Part shown: positions 24,013 to 36,257 of the stretch, piece after piece
Layout: every line of letters begins with the position of its first letter
Numbering within the stretch: position 1 is the stretch's first letter
Origin: Tricharina praecox
Lineage: Eukaryota
DNA length: 64,000 nucleotides
Assembly: GCF_024521635.1 (NCBI RefSeq)
Contig: NW_026250423.1
Coordinates: 1 to 64,000 of the forward strand
Reading direction: 5' to 3'
Notes under the pieces: model-generated
Database searches by the model: none
What the model saw: the letters and a program-made list of their open reading frames with translations, nothing else
Told to the model about the DNA's origin: nothing
Program-made: the position numbers and the translations under genes

Positions 24013-26300
24013 CTAATCGATCATGATAGAACCGTCGTCATCCACATCGATCGGTCCGTCCACAGGCCTACCGACAAGTTGCTTCTTGCTGGGTCTACTC
24101 TCGCCGACGGCAAGGTCTCCATCGAGCTTTCGCTTCTTGACGACTCCATTCTCGTCCGGATTTTCAAGCGCATGCTTGACGCCGTTGTCAAGAATAATCG
24201 GAATCAGCTCCTCGTCGTCATCCTCTTCGCTTACCTCCTGCTCGGTCTTCAGCTTCCGAGGGATCTCGACCTTCTCCGGGAGAGGGATAGACTCATCGAG
24301 TGCCTCGCTGAAAATGGTTAGTGTTTGTTCCCGGTATATCTAGGAATATCTAGCTTACTTGTGGGTGACGGCGATGACAAGGTTGACTCGAGGTTGAACA
24401 TCGCCAGACTCATCATCGTCGATGACAGTGACGAACGTCTCTTCACCGAAGCCCAACTCCTTGAGCGGCTTTTCCAAGTTATCCTCGAAGTCGGGATCGT
24501 AAAGCATTTCCGATGTCAGGATACTGAGGTCTCCGTATCCAAAGCGGCCACGGACAACCTTCTCTACGAGTTCACCGAGAGTAGCACGGTTGATATTTGC
24601 CTCGACAGCCAACCGTGCAACGCCACAGGTCGGGCAATTCGGATTTGGAACGTCTAGGAGTGTGCCGTTCAGGGCCTTTATGTCGCTTTTGGCGATGAAG
24701 ACCTTTGACGTCAACATCGGCAGCTCAGGAAAAGCTAGGGGATGATCTTACTTACCATCCTGCCAGACTTGACATCATCCTTGAGAAATTTAAACGCTTG
24801 AAGCACACACATTCCAGCCGTGATGGCGTTCGTGGTAGCAATCGCAGGAATGATGTTTCCCGCCATTTCTGCGCATTGTCAGTGGTCCAGCCAGAAACGA
24901 GACAGTATTAGGCTCACGCTTGATATCGAACTTGGTCCTCAACTCGATGCCGAAGATGTACGATCTCAAGTTGGCACCAGCAGCGACGAAATCGAGGGTG
25001 TCCTCATCGTCCTTGTCGAAGCTCAGTATCGGCGGTGCTTCTCCCTCCTTCGCACTAGTTTTGAGCTCCAAAACCCTCGCTGCAAGACGCTTGACACTGT
25101 CGGCAAACACCGCATAGTTCTCGGCCAAGGACCATTTCTGTTGATCATTCGCGGCGACTTCGGGGCCCAAACCACTTGCCTCCTCCGCAATCTTGGCATG
25201 ATCGAGGAGCTTTGGGGGAGTCCTGGTAATCCACATGTCCTCCATCGACAGCAATCGCTCGATATCGCGCTTAAATACTTTGTCGAAGATGGACGCAGCG
25301 AAATCCGGCGATTCCATCTTCTCGCGGATATTTTTGAGCTCCTCCGCTTCGCGCTTGAGGTTGGAGATTTCCTGCGCTAGTTGCATCAAGTCAATCACGG
25401 TGCGCGAACGGCTGCAACCAGCTAAAGTGCCGGGAACTCACCATTCTCGGAGTCTTCACTCTGGTCCAGCTCCGGCGTGCTCTCCTCAGACGTTCCAAAC
25501 ACCTCAGCGAAGAGGTAACTCTTGGCCCAGACTATGCAGTGGATCGGTTGACTCGGCGTACTCCTGATGGTGCACACAGGAAAGCTCTTGGCCACCGGTT
25601 TCTCGTTGCAATCATAGCACTCTGTCACTCCCTACGTAATCCCGAAATATAAGAGTCCGCTCTCCTCCCCCGCCCCCCATAGATCATGCAATTGGTGTCG
25701 CAAACCTGCTTGATTGGCTGCACCTGACCGTGGTACCCCGTAGTTCCGCTCTCGATAAGAGGCACGTTCGCCGTCAAACACATGCGGTTGACATGTCTTC
25801 TGGCGTCCACATTGTCGAGTGCGTTAAAGACCAAGTTGAAACGCTTGAACCATTTGATGTTGAATTGCGGATCCTTGATGTTTGCGTGGATCGCTTCGAT
25901 CTTGACGTTCGGATTGAACTTGCCCGCGGTCTCTTTCGCCACCTAAATCCCCGGAGACGACCCAGTCAGTTCCGCCGATAAACGAGGTAGCTCGGGACGA
26001 CGTGCGATAGCCTTCGATTTCTTGATGTGCTGCATGCCAAACAGAAACTGCCGGTTGAGGTTGCTCAGATCGATCGTGTCGAGATCCACGAGGTGGATCT
26101 CACCGAAGCCCGTCAGGACAAGGTTCTTGAGGAGCTCGCATCCGACACCGCCGGCGCCGATGAGGAGTACTCGGGACTGTAAGGCGTGGTTAGCTGTGTC
26201 AGTAGAAGCACCCGCGAGGAGTATTTGTTTGCCATACCTCTTTGATCCTCGTGAAGAGCGAGCCGCCCACGGCCTGTTTGGGGCGAGTATCTCTACCCAT
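24013..26300 (-). CDS. UBA2: SUMO-activating enzyme E1 subunit 2; ~7 exons, one GC-AG intron
   Basis: [48 protein letters not shown], catalytic [43 protein letters not shown]-terminal SIM-like GSIMID. Confidence 0.95.
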
Positions 26301-26741
26301 CCTTGCTGATTGATCTGAGGAAACGAAGGGGAGGAGGACTGGATGATTGAGTATAAAGTACTCGTTTGTCGCTGCCTGCGGTCGTACGGAGCCTCGACGG
26401 TTCGTGGCGGTGGTGGGGAAAGCTTGGAGCAGCTCTGGATGGCTGGACAGGGCGCAGATTGCCTGTGTGCTAGGATACTCGTCGCGAACGCGTTGGTAGG
26501 TGCGCGGCGACAACCCTGGAAGGTGCATCCGCTAAAGTGGCTCTATGGGGGTCACGTGTTGCCCTGTCCGGTCCGTGCGACAATAAATTCTTAGAGCTGT
26601 AACCAAGCTAGTCGTTCCACCCAAGGAGTCGGTGCTCGAGTGACCCCTTCCTTCCTCAACATTCCACAGGCACCACAGGCACGCCAACAAAGACAATCAC
26701 TCAGTCGATCCTCCGCTCTCGACAGCTTTCTCGTATCAGCC

Positions 26742-28000
26742 ATGGGTGTTCCCGACGACGAAATCGATCATGACCTGCTCGACTTCATGCGCGCAGCGCT
26801 GTTGGGCCGCAACGCTCCAGCCGTGGTCTCGAAACCCAAAATCAATGTCCTGAGGGATGCCCAATTCATTGTCGACAACGCTATCGACGTCGCTCTCTCG
26901 CGCGAACACATTGTGGCTGCGGCGGAGAAGATCTACGGTGCTATGGAGGCGAAGGAGTACTCCACGTCGACGTGGTCGACGCACGAGCTCCACCCGAAGG
27001 AGAGGACCGCGGAGACGGCGAACTTCATCTTTACGATGGATCTACTGAACTTTTCGTTCTGGTCGGAGCTCGATGCGGCGAAGAGATTTGCAATTGAGTA
27101 CAGGGGAAAGAGGTGGACGGGGTATTGGAGTATTGTAGCTGTGTTACAGAGGGCGCTGGATGAAGGTATATACTGTCGCTGCGGCTGTGAAGCCAATATC
27201 TCGGACCAACTGACGTTCCCAGGCATCCCAATAACCTGTCCTTACTTCTGGGTGGACAGCCAGATTTGCACCGATGCCCTGCTCGCACACGTTTTCCGCT
27301 CCAGCACATCCGAAGAAGTCCCCCTGCTTCCCGAACGCATCGCCTGCCTGCGAGAAGCTGGTGGGGTTCTCTGCGAGGTATGCGAACGTACAGCCATGTG
27401 TAGTTGATACTGAGACTCACAGAGATATGAAGGCAGTATTGCCGCGCTAATCGGCGAGGCCGAAGGCTCCGCTGTTGCACTCGTCATGAAGCTCGCTGAC
27501 GAGTTTCCGTGCTTTCGTGACGAGCACATATTCGAAGGCCGGCAGGTGAACTTCTACAAGCGCGCGCAGATACTCGTTGCAGGTAGGTGGTCCATCCTTT
27601 TGATTGTAGCGCTCCAAAGCTGATCGGTGCAGACCTCTGGGCGTGCTTCAACGGGCAGTCGCACGGTGACTTTGACGACATCAATGAGCTGACCATGTTC
27701 GCGGACTACCGCGTCCCCGTTACTTTGACAACACTACACTGTCTCCAGTTCGCTCCGAAGCTCGAAGCACACATCAAAGCCCACCAAGCCATCCCGTCGG
27801 GCTCACCGTGGGAGTGTCAGATCCGTGGCGCAAGCATCTGGTGTATCGAGATGATCCGGCGCGAGATCCTCCGCAAACACCCCGGCGCCAACGTCAATGC
27901 CGTGCTCATCGACTTTTACTTGTACGATACGGCCAAGGAGATGGAGAGCAAGGGCGCCGAGGGACTGCCCCACCATAGGACCAGGAGTATCTGGTATTAG
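26742..28000 (+). CDS. QNG1: Queuosine salvage protein / queuosine 5'-phosphate N-glycosylase (DUF2419, Qng1-like); 4 exons
   Basis: W..HELHP, FTMDLLNFSFWS, GYWS.VA.L.RALDEG, F.CFRD, FYKRAQILVA|DLW, TMFADYRVP, IDFYLYD, PHHRTRSIWY. Confidence 0.92.
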
Positions 28001-30308
28001 ATGCGGATGAGCGATGTATACCTGTTGGGTCTGTTTGTTTAACTTCTTGTATTGCGAATGGCATCGCCGGTGATTTGCAACCATTCGCATAGGGTGGTTT
28101 TGGATCATAGAATATCAACCATAGAGCTGTAGTTATCTGTACCGATGTGCGTGCTCCCGAAAAGTGAGACACAGTACTGAGTACTTTACCTCATCTTCAT
28201 CCCCGTTTGATATGTAAAGAGCGATTATCTACTCGGAACTTGAAGAAGCATTTCCCACAAACCGTGTCCAGGCACCAGAAATCAGGAACACTTGGTTACG
28301 TCACAGGCCGTGAACCTTGGTAGAGTAGGGGCCAGCTTCCCCACTTCATTGCCACCATAGTCACTGCCACGCACCGTCTGCGAATCCACCGCTAGGCACC
28401 AGTTTCCAGAAAGTTCCCTCCTTGATCGAGATTTTCCTGTTGGGCTCAGGGTCCATACCTACCGGTAGGTGCACGTCTGTAGGCGCGGGAGCTTGTGTTG
28501 GAGGGCGGGGACGGGGACGGGAAACCTACATTATGTACACACGCAGAAACATTGATAGTGACAGTGGGGTCGTAGATGAAGAAGCTCTTGGGGTGCAGCA
28601 GTGCCAGGGTAGGTGCTCGAGGTAGAGTAAAGAGCTTGCATCGAGCGCCGAGCGGGCATGCCAGTGCGGTGGCCGCGCCGCCGTGGGAGATATCAAATTC
28701 ACGTCACGTGTAATCCTCCAACCATCGTTTTAACAACTGCCCCTCCATCTCCCCTCCCCGGAGGAAGGGCAAAACTGTTGCGTATGTGCCGTAGCGACTA
28801 CCGATACACGCACATACCGGAGCACTACCAGGAACCTCCGGTCGATCACTGTCCAGACTCCTGGAAAGCCGGCACCTCAAGCTCCCAGACATACGAAAAC
28901 AGACCACATGAGAATCCCTCGGTGCTCAGTGCTCAGTACTCACATCTAAGAAACAAATTCCGCTGCCTGGCTGCCAGCATCGGGCCCACCAGGCCCCACC
29001 TTGCTCGGACCCGGCCATGATCGAACTAGATGAGAGTATGCGTACAACATCAAGCTTAAGCCTGGTCCTTAAGCTTGAGCTTGAGCATGCTTGCTCGGAA
29101 GTCGGCGTGACGCAAAACATAAAAAACAAAACACAAAAAACAAAAAACACAAAAACAAAATCGAAAGTCAAAGTGAAAGTGGAGTGCAGTAAAGTGGAGT
29201 GCGGCACTCAAAGCTCTCGCGCAATCCCGTATGACGACAGCCAAGTTCCATCATTGCGCGTGTGTATGTAATAGCGTCTGTGCGGTGGGGGGTGGGGGAG
29301 GGCGTGGGAAGGGCGTGGCTCACGTCGCGTCACTCGGGATATCGAATCTGACTCCAACTTCCAACTTTGGCTCCAACTCCAACGATGGCGGCGTGGAGTG
29401 GAGCGTGGAGCGTAATCCAATCCAATCCAATCCGATCCAATCCGTAGACAGAGCAGTGACGGGCGCTGACAGACTGGCCGTCTTCGTGGCGGAGCAGAGC
29501 GGCCGGAGTCTTCAAGGCCATCCATCTACACTATCACTAGGATCACCGGGCGTCACGAGTCACGAATCACGAGTCATGGCCGCACGTACGCATCACGAGC
29601 CCCCATGAAGGTCGAGTGAATTATACCGGTAGTACCTAGTTCCGCCGCCGCCGCCGCCGCCGCAACAGTATACGAGTGTAAACACCCCGTGCCTAGAATC
29701 TAGATTCCCTAAGGGCTAAACCAGGTAGTAGAATGATGTAGAGTAGCGAGCGGCGAGCGCCTGTGGCGGGCACAGGACTCCTATATACATTGATAGATAT
29801 CCGCAACTACTACTCTATTCCCGCCTACATAGGACGCATAGCTCCTTGGTGTGAACGTCGCGATCTACTTAGGTTCATAGATCCGTCAATAAAGTGATTT
29901 CCCCCCCATAGGACGCATAGCCCGCACGGCGCACGGCGCACACGTGAAGTCCTCGAGAATCGAACCTCAAGATTCGATCGCCTTCCACCCCCTTAGATAC
30001 CGTACAGTACCGTACAGTACAGTACATTCATTCCATCGCCACCCCGATCACCGCCGCCGCCGCCCCACTAAGTAAAGTAGGTAGAGTAGATACGGTATGG
30101 GTAGTGCACATACCCACCCAGAATTTGCCCTCCTCCCCCCACCATCACCACCACAATCTCCGTTTCATCTCGCCTAGCGAGCTGCGAGCGAGCGAGCGAG
30201 CTTACTGCCTCATATCTCGAATCTTAGAGAGTCTCAAGTCTCAGAGAGGGAGATTCGAGAGATATATGTAGAGTACCGATCAGCGCCGGAGCCGAGATAG
30301 CCATAATG

Positions 30309-30372
30309 TTACTTTCCACTTTCATATTTACTTTCATATTTACTTTTACATTTACTTTCATATTTACTTTCC
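30309..30372. repeat. AT-rich 12-bp minisatellite (tttactttcata)n, about 5 degenerate units
   Basis: ttactttccactttcatatttactttcatatttacttttacatttactttcatatttactttcc. Confidence 0.85.
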
Positions 30373-30983
30373 ACAGACACAGACTTTCGTAGAATATTAA
30401 CATTAACATTAGAGTATCAACCGATTAGCTCTAGCTATCTACCAGTTAGAACTTAGTGGAGTACATACTCTCGTATGTAAACATCAACGTGGAGGCCCAA
30501 AGAGAGGCTCGGAGCAGACGCCGATCGAGTCGCCGGTTCTTTACGTCTTTGCGCACTCCTGTTTACCCGAGATCACATCAGTGCTGCTGGAGCTATCTCC
30601 ACTATGTATTGCACCTTCATAGGTAGCTCTGGCTAGATACGTGGGTGCTGTATCTAGCTCTGTAGGTACTCGGACACATCGTACCTACAGTACCTAGTCT
30701 ACCGTTGGCGTGTCCCCCCCTCCCCGCGCGGACCTGTCCGTGTGACGGCCTCGATCGGCGAAATACCTTGATCCTCACCGACTGTGGAGTCTGTGTAATA
30801 GACATAGGATCCTCACCCATTGCAACTTGCCAGCAGTACTCTACCTAGATACAGCACCAGGGTATCCATGAGGGCAGAGTACGGTAGGTATCGACGAGAA
30901 TGTAGATCAACCATGGTCCAAGTTATACACACTGCCCACCAGGAAGGAATCAGATATGAAGTTGTATCAAAGCAAACACATAA

Positions 30984-31028
<45 letters not shown>
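30984..31028. repeat. (TAG)15 microsatellite
   Basis: Read directly from the sequence. Confidence 0.95.
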
Positions 31029-32074
31029 AGTACACAAACACCACCCCTTCCCCCCCAAAAGACAAAAAAACAACACCGCCCCAAGTTCCAAGTTTCAACT
31101 AAAAAAGAACCATCCAAAGATAAAGTATCGAGAGATCAGTCGCTATTCATTGCACCAGCCAGCTCCTTTTGCACCTTGCAGCAAAGCAGTAAGTAAAACA
31201 GAGTAGAAAATCCATAACAAAAGAGAAAGAGAGAGCAAGCAAACTACAATAATCCACCCCGTCCAATCCACCGTTCCCAATCCCAATCCCAATCCCCAAC
31301 CAACCATCTGCAAGGCCCACAAAAGCAATTGGATATCCACCCATAGCAAAAAAACACCACCAGAATAAAAAGTCATCAAACGCACTCGGGTAAAACAAAG
31401 AACGATCAAGACACCAATTGTTATCCAGTCCCTCCCTTCCTCCGCTCCCACCTGCCCCCGATCCCCGAACCGACCGACCAAACCAACCAAACCCTCCCAA
31501 GACATAAACTCCCAAAGAAGACTAAGATATAATAATCCCCGGTAACAAAGGAAACGAATGAAATCAACCGTACCGCCGCACTACAGAAGAAAAACAAGAG
31601 ACGAAAGTGGAAAGGAAGAGGAAGAAACTATGTATAGGTGAATAGAGAACAATGACGTGGAAGTATTTATACCGATAGCCCCCAGCCGCAAAAAGGGAAC
31701 CGATTTTCGCTTTTCATGAAAAGAAAAAGATGCAGCAGCCCGAACGCAACTCTTTTATGACCCACACTCCAAGAACCCAGAAATGAGGAAAAGGAACCCA
31801 ACCGTGAACGCAAAGCAAATGCGCACAAAACACCATCCCAAGGTTTGATACACCCAAAAAAGTACAAGTTGTTAACACCAAGGCATTCTATTAACATAGC
31901 GAAGCCGAGTCGCTAAAGCGGAAGAGAGGTAGGAGGAGGAAAAGAAGAAGAGAGGAGGAGTAGATAGTGGTAGTAGTTCGAGGTTGGAGGATGATTGCCG
32001 TGCCGCATTACCGAACTTTGCGTATAGTGTTGTGTCTAGTAGGATGGGGTGGAGGGGGGTCAGGAGTTGGTGGT

Positions 32075-32675
32075 TTACCAAGCCCTTCGCGAGAGGCTGT
32101 GGGTTCCGACACGGCTGGGAGACGGCGACGACACACGCATACCCGTGGAGGGGTTCACGATGGGGATCGCGTTGCGCTGTCGCGACGGGACGGGCGAGTA
32201 CTTGAGCATGTTGTTGCTGAACATGTTCGCGTACGCTGGAGGGTGAGGGTATGCAGGTGACGGCTGGACCTGATGTTGTAGGGGTGACGATTGAGGGGAC
32301 CCGCTTGACGTCGACGAACGATCCGAGCCAGAATCAAGCATTATGCGCTATCGAGAGAGATAGATGTCAGCGGGGGTAGGTTCCTACACGAAGGGGTGGG
32401 ATGGATCCTTGATCGCCGCACACCGCACAAACGATGGATAAACATACCTCCTCTTCCGTGCACAGCTCGGGAATGAACGCGAAATCGTCCTCCACGTCGA
32501 ACGACCGACCAGCCTCGAACTTCTCAACAAAAGTTGGGACTGTTGGGCTGTCTGTCAGCTCCTCTCTTGGCCGGACCATCTGGAAGGATTTGAGAGAAGT
32601 GGAAGGACGGTGAGGGTTCCTACGAGAGCGGACGCCCGACGAGGATGTTGCTTGATATTGGTAACCGAACGACAT
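32075..32675 (-). CDS. Uncharacterised Ser/Pro-rich fungal protein; 2 exons, ~165 aa
   Basis: ttcgccATG start. Exon 1 ends FEAGRSFDVEDDFAFIPELCTEEE|gtatgt. Branch point gctgac and a tag acceptor precede exon 2, RIMLDSGSDRSSTSSGSPQSSPLQHQ...RNAIPIVNP...RRAW. Confidence 0.8.
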
Positions 32676-33393
32676 GGCGAAGTATGTACGAGTTGAATGG
32701 GGTTATGTTGAGGAGTTTATTGTGTTGGTGTTGGAGAAGTTGATGGTAGGTGACGAAGGCGTTGTTGACAAGGACGGGAGCGGAAGCAGTTGTGGATGGA
32801 TGGATGTTTTTGTTATGGTTGTTATTGCAGTTGCTGTTGGACGGTGTTGAGGGGAGTGTGGAGGGAGTTTATCGAAGGCAACTTCGGCTGATAAGATTTG
32901 GGGGGGGGGGGGGTGGAGGGGGGGAGGGTGGCGTGTTTTGATGGCTGTGTGGTGTGGGCGGTGAGTGGTGGGTGTGTGAGAAGGCGAAATGCAGCGACGA
33001 GATGGTAGTTTATTTATTCGGAGCGGGCTGGATAGGCGGCAAGAGTTACGGCAGGGCGGGAGCGGAGGGGAGCAGAGAGTTCAAGTAGTCGCAAAGGCCA
33101 CTGGTATGGTATCAACGCAGCAGCGCCGTAGTTGGTAATGGTAGCGTGGAGTACAAAGGAGCAGGTGCGAGGCGAGAATGGAAGAAGAAGAAGGATGGAT
33201 GGGGGGGAGCAAAGCGAGGCGACGGTGGTGGTGGTGGAGGGAGAGGGAGGGAGGTGTGTGTGTGAGTGTGTTTTGGGTTATTTGGGGTTGTTTGGAATGA
33301 CTTGGGTGTGGAGGTGGTTGTGGTGGGGGGGAAAGGAGGGAGAAAGCAGGCAAGAAGAAGTGGGAAGGAGAGGACGGACGGGACGGAGGGAAA

Positions 33394-33423
33394 GGGGGGT
33401 GGGTGGGTTAGGGTGGGTTAGGG
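33394..33423 (+). repeat. G-rich telomere-like tract GGGGGGT(GGGTGGGTTA)2GGG, potential G-quadruplex
   Basis: Six runs of at least 3 G with 1-3 nt loops, including two TTAGGG units. Confidence 0.6.
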
Positions 33424-35301
33424 TGGAGAATCTGGTGGGGTGCGAGTGGTGGGATGGCGGCGGTGGTGGTGGGTGGTGGTGGGTGGTGGAGGATGTGAGT
33501 GGAGGATGTGAGTGGCCATCCGTAAGTATCCATGGTGGACGGCGGCGGCTGGCAGGGAGGGTGAGAAAAGGGATTTTCCCATCTCACTCCATTTCACTCT
33601 ACTCTACTAGCACTCTAGAGTACGGGGACTTTGCTCTTCCTTGTCCACCGTCTCGTCGCTGTGGAGACTTCTCTCACTTCCACTTCCTTCTTGCGTCGGG
33701 GGCGATGGCGATTGCTGCCTTCTCTGGAGATTGGGGACGATGGGGGTGGTGCTTGGCTGGGCGCTCTGGTTGCTGTGGTTGCGATTTGCGTGGTTGCTTG
33801 GCTTCTTGGCTGCTGGGCTGCTGCTGGTCGCTTGCTTCCTCGCAACGATCATCGTCTCTCGTCGTTCCTCCCCACGGCGAACCGCAACGATACTCCATAT
33901 CAAGTATCCACTCGCTCACGGTCCTTATCCTCACCCCGGGGAGCCAGACGCGCTCTGGAGTGCAGCTCCATCTGGGGCTGCACACACCCACACACACACA
34001 CCACCACCACCATCATCATCAGCAGCAGCAGCATCAGCATCATCGTCAGCATCACCACCACCTCCACAACCACCACCACCCACCACCACCTACCACCACC
34101 ACCAACTACCCTCCTTGTATCGAACTCCGTACCAGGAACAGCCAATAAGTCGTGCCTCACCACCATTACGAGTTACAGACTCAAGGTGAGGCACCACTTA
34201 ACCTTACACTCGAGCACTCTTCTAGAGCTTCTACCCTATCGATGTGCCTGCGTGGATACGGTAGTGCAATTCAGCCTGCTCTCGCCGCCAAGTGCCAAAC
34301 CGATGGGACGGTGTCACCGTGTGGAGCCAAAAAGAGAAGCCTCCAAGTTCCAACCGCGCTGCGCATCTCTCACCAGGGCTGCTACTGGCGGGTGGCTCTG
34401 GAAGTCTGGAGACTCGAGAGGCCATCCATCCAGATTCCAGCCAGCCAGCCAGACCAGTCGTTCGTGGGCTGTGGGCTTTGGGTGGGTGTGGCAGGCGCAG
34501 GGCAGGGACTCTTTCGGTCTCCGAAATCCGCCACCCCTTTCTGCCGCGCCAGCCAGTCCCGTTGCAGCATGGCGTGATCGGAAATCCTCCTCTTGCCCCC
34601 CCCGCCAACCAGACCAGCGCTTCCCTCACGAAAGGCTCCCCGCCCAGCGAAACGCCCCCACCACGAATGCGCTCTAGCTCGTCGTGTAATAAATAATGCT
34701 GAGCCCACCACTCGCCTCACCCTGCTCGCAACTCGCATGAATTCGAGACACAGGGCAGGCGCAGACAAGCATGGTCCGGTTTGGCTCGCTCGGTCTGTGG
34801 GTTGTAGGTTGTGGGTGTGGATGCGCTGCTGCTGCGGTCGGTCACCCACTCGACCGTTTCTATTTCCCCATCGTTCCGGACAGGAGTCTGCAGGACCGTA
34901 GTTAGAGTCTTCCGAAGCCTCGAACAGAAACCGAAAAGGAGGGTGTCAGCAGGAGAATTGAACCGTCGGTCGCTGTGCGTGCCAAGTTGTGCAGAGTAGT
35001 ATCTGCTCTACTGTAGTGCAGAATCTCCAGAGTGGTGCACATACCAGCACTTTGCAGCAAAGTACTGAAGTGCCGAGTACTGTCCATACCAGCATGTAGG
35101 CAGTCGGAGAACGCTACTCAGTACGCTAGATACGCTGTGTATGTGTACGAGTACTGTCACCTGTGTGCAACACCAACAGCACGCTGGGCGTCAAGAGCAA
35201 ATACCCAATGTAACCATTCGAATAATCCGACCGGGGAAAGGGCTTGCACTGCACTCAGCACTGCACTGCACATTTCTTTGCTCTCCTCCTCTCTCGTTCC
35301 G

Positions 35302-35352
35302 ACCACCACCACCACCACCACCACCACCACCACCACCACCATCATCATCACC
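35302..35352. repeat. (ACC)n/(ATC)n microsatellite
   Basis: Read directly. Similar (ACC)n tracts occur at ~14107-14140 (CLP1 intron) and ~33995-34105. Confidence 0.9.
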
Positions 35353-36257
35353 GTCTGCAAACCTCTCAGCGTTCGTGGTCGCACCGCCGAAACGGGCAAA
35401 TCGACGCAATCCGTCGCAGTGGTCGCGTTACATCGCCTAGTCCCATCCTCCTGCGCCTTGCCAGATCGAGTACGCACCAACCGGCCCTGATTGGCCACCT
35501 CCCTCCCCCCCGTCCGCGTCTCGACGTCGCTCCGCAAGTCGCAACTGCAACTGCAACTGCAACTGCAACGCTTTGACGTGTCTGGTCTGGTCGGCTGCGT
35601 GGTGGACGATGGAGAAGGAGCGAGAGGGAGAGGGAAAGGGAGAATAAAATGTGCATGTACCAGTAGGGTACAAAGTGCTCTACGAAGTGCTCTAGGGGCA
35701 GCCAGAGAAACGTCGTCACAGGATCAAAGTCGTGCAGGTACATACGGGCGACGGCCAAGTGGAGAACACGAACGAGCCACGAACGAACCACCGACGACCC
35801 ACCGTCGCCCGCCGCTTTCCTCTCCCCCCCGGCACTCTCCCCCCGGCAACCCATCTGCTGTGCGGCGCGCGATGTGGGCTGTGGGCTGTGTGGGAAACAG
35901 GGCAATGCGCCAAGGAATCCGGGGGCCGAGGCCCACCATCCCTCGTCCTGGACGGATTTGCAGTCACGGAAATTCGACAGAGGAAACAGAAAAGAAAAGA
36001 AAAAAGGAAAAAAGGAAAGACCAAAATGATGAAAGCGAAAACGCACACACACACTCACACACACCCGCACCCGCACAAATCCACACACACGCACAAATCC
36101 ACACACGCACAGAGGAATATCGCGCTTACACACTGCAAACCCCGGCGGAAAAAAAGAAAGAAAAAAAATAGAGAGAGGGAAAAAAAAGAAAAGAAAGAAA
36201 AAAAGAAAGAAAGAAAAAAGAGACAAGCAGCAACTCAACTCGGCCAACTCGATTTCT

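Noticed and set aside
28000..36250. Telomerase RNA or another ncRNA in the long gap
   Set aside because: I saw no TAACCCTAA-type template (only CCCTAACCC interrupted by CCCA) and no recognisable tRNA, snRNA or 5S motifs. An Infernal/Rfam scan would be needed to exclude ncRNAs properly.
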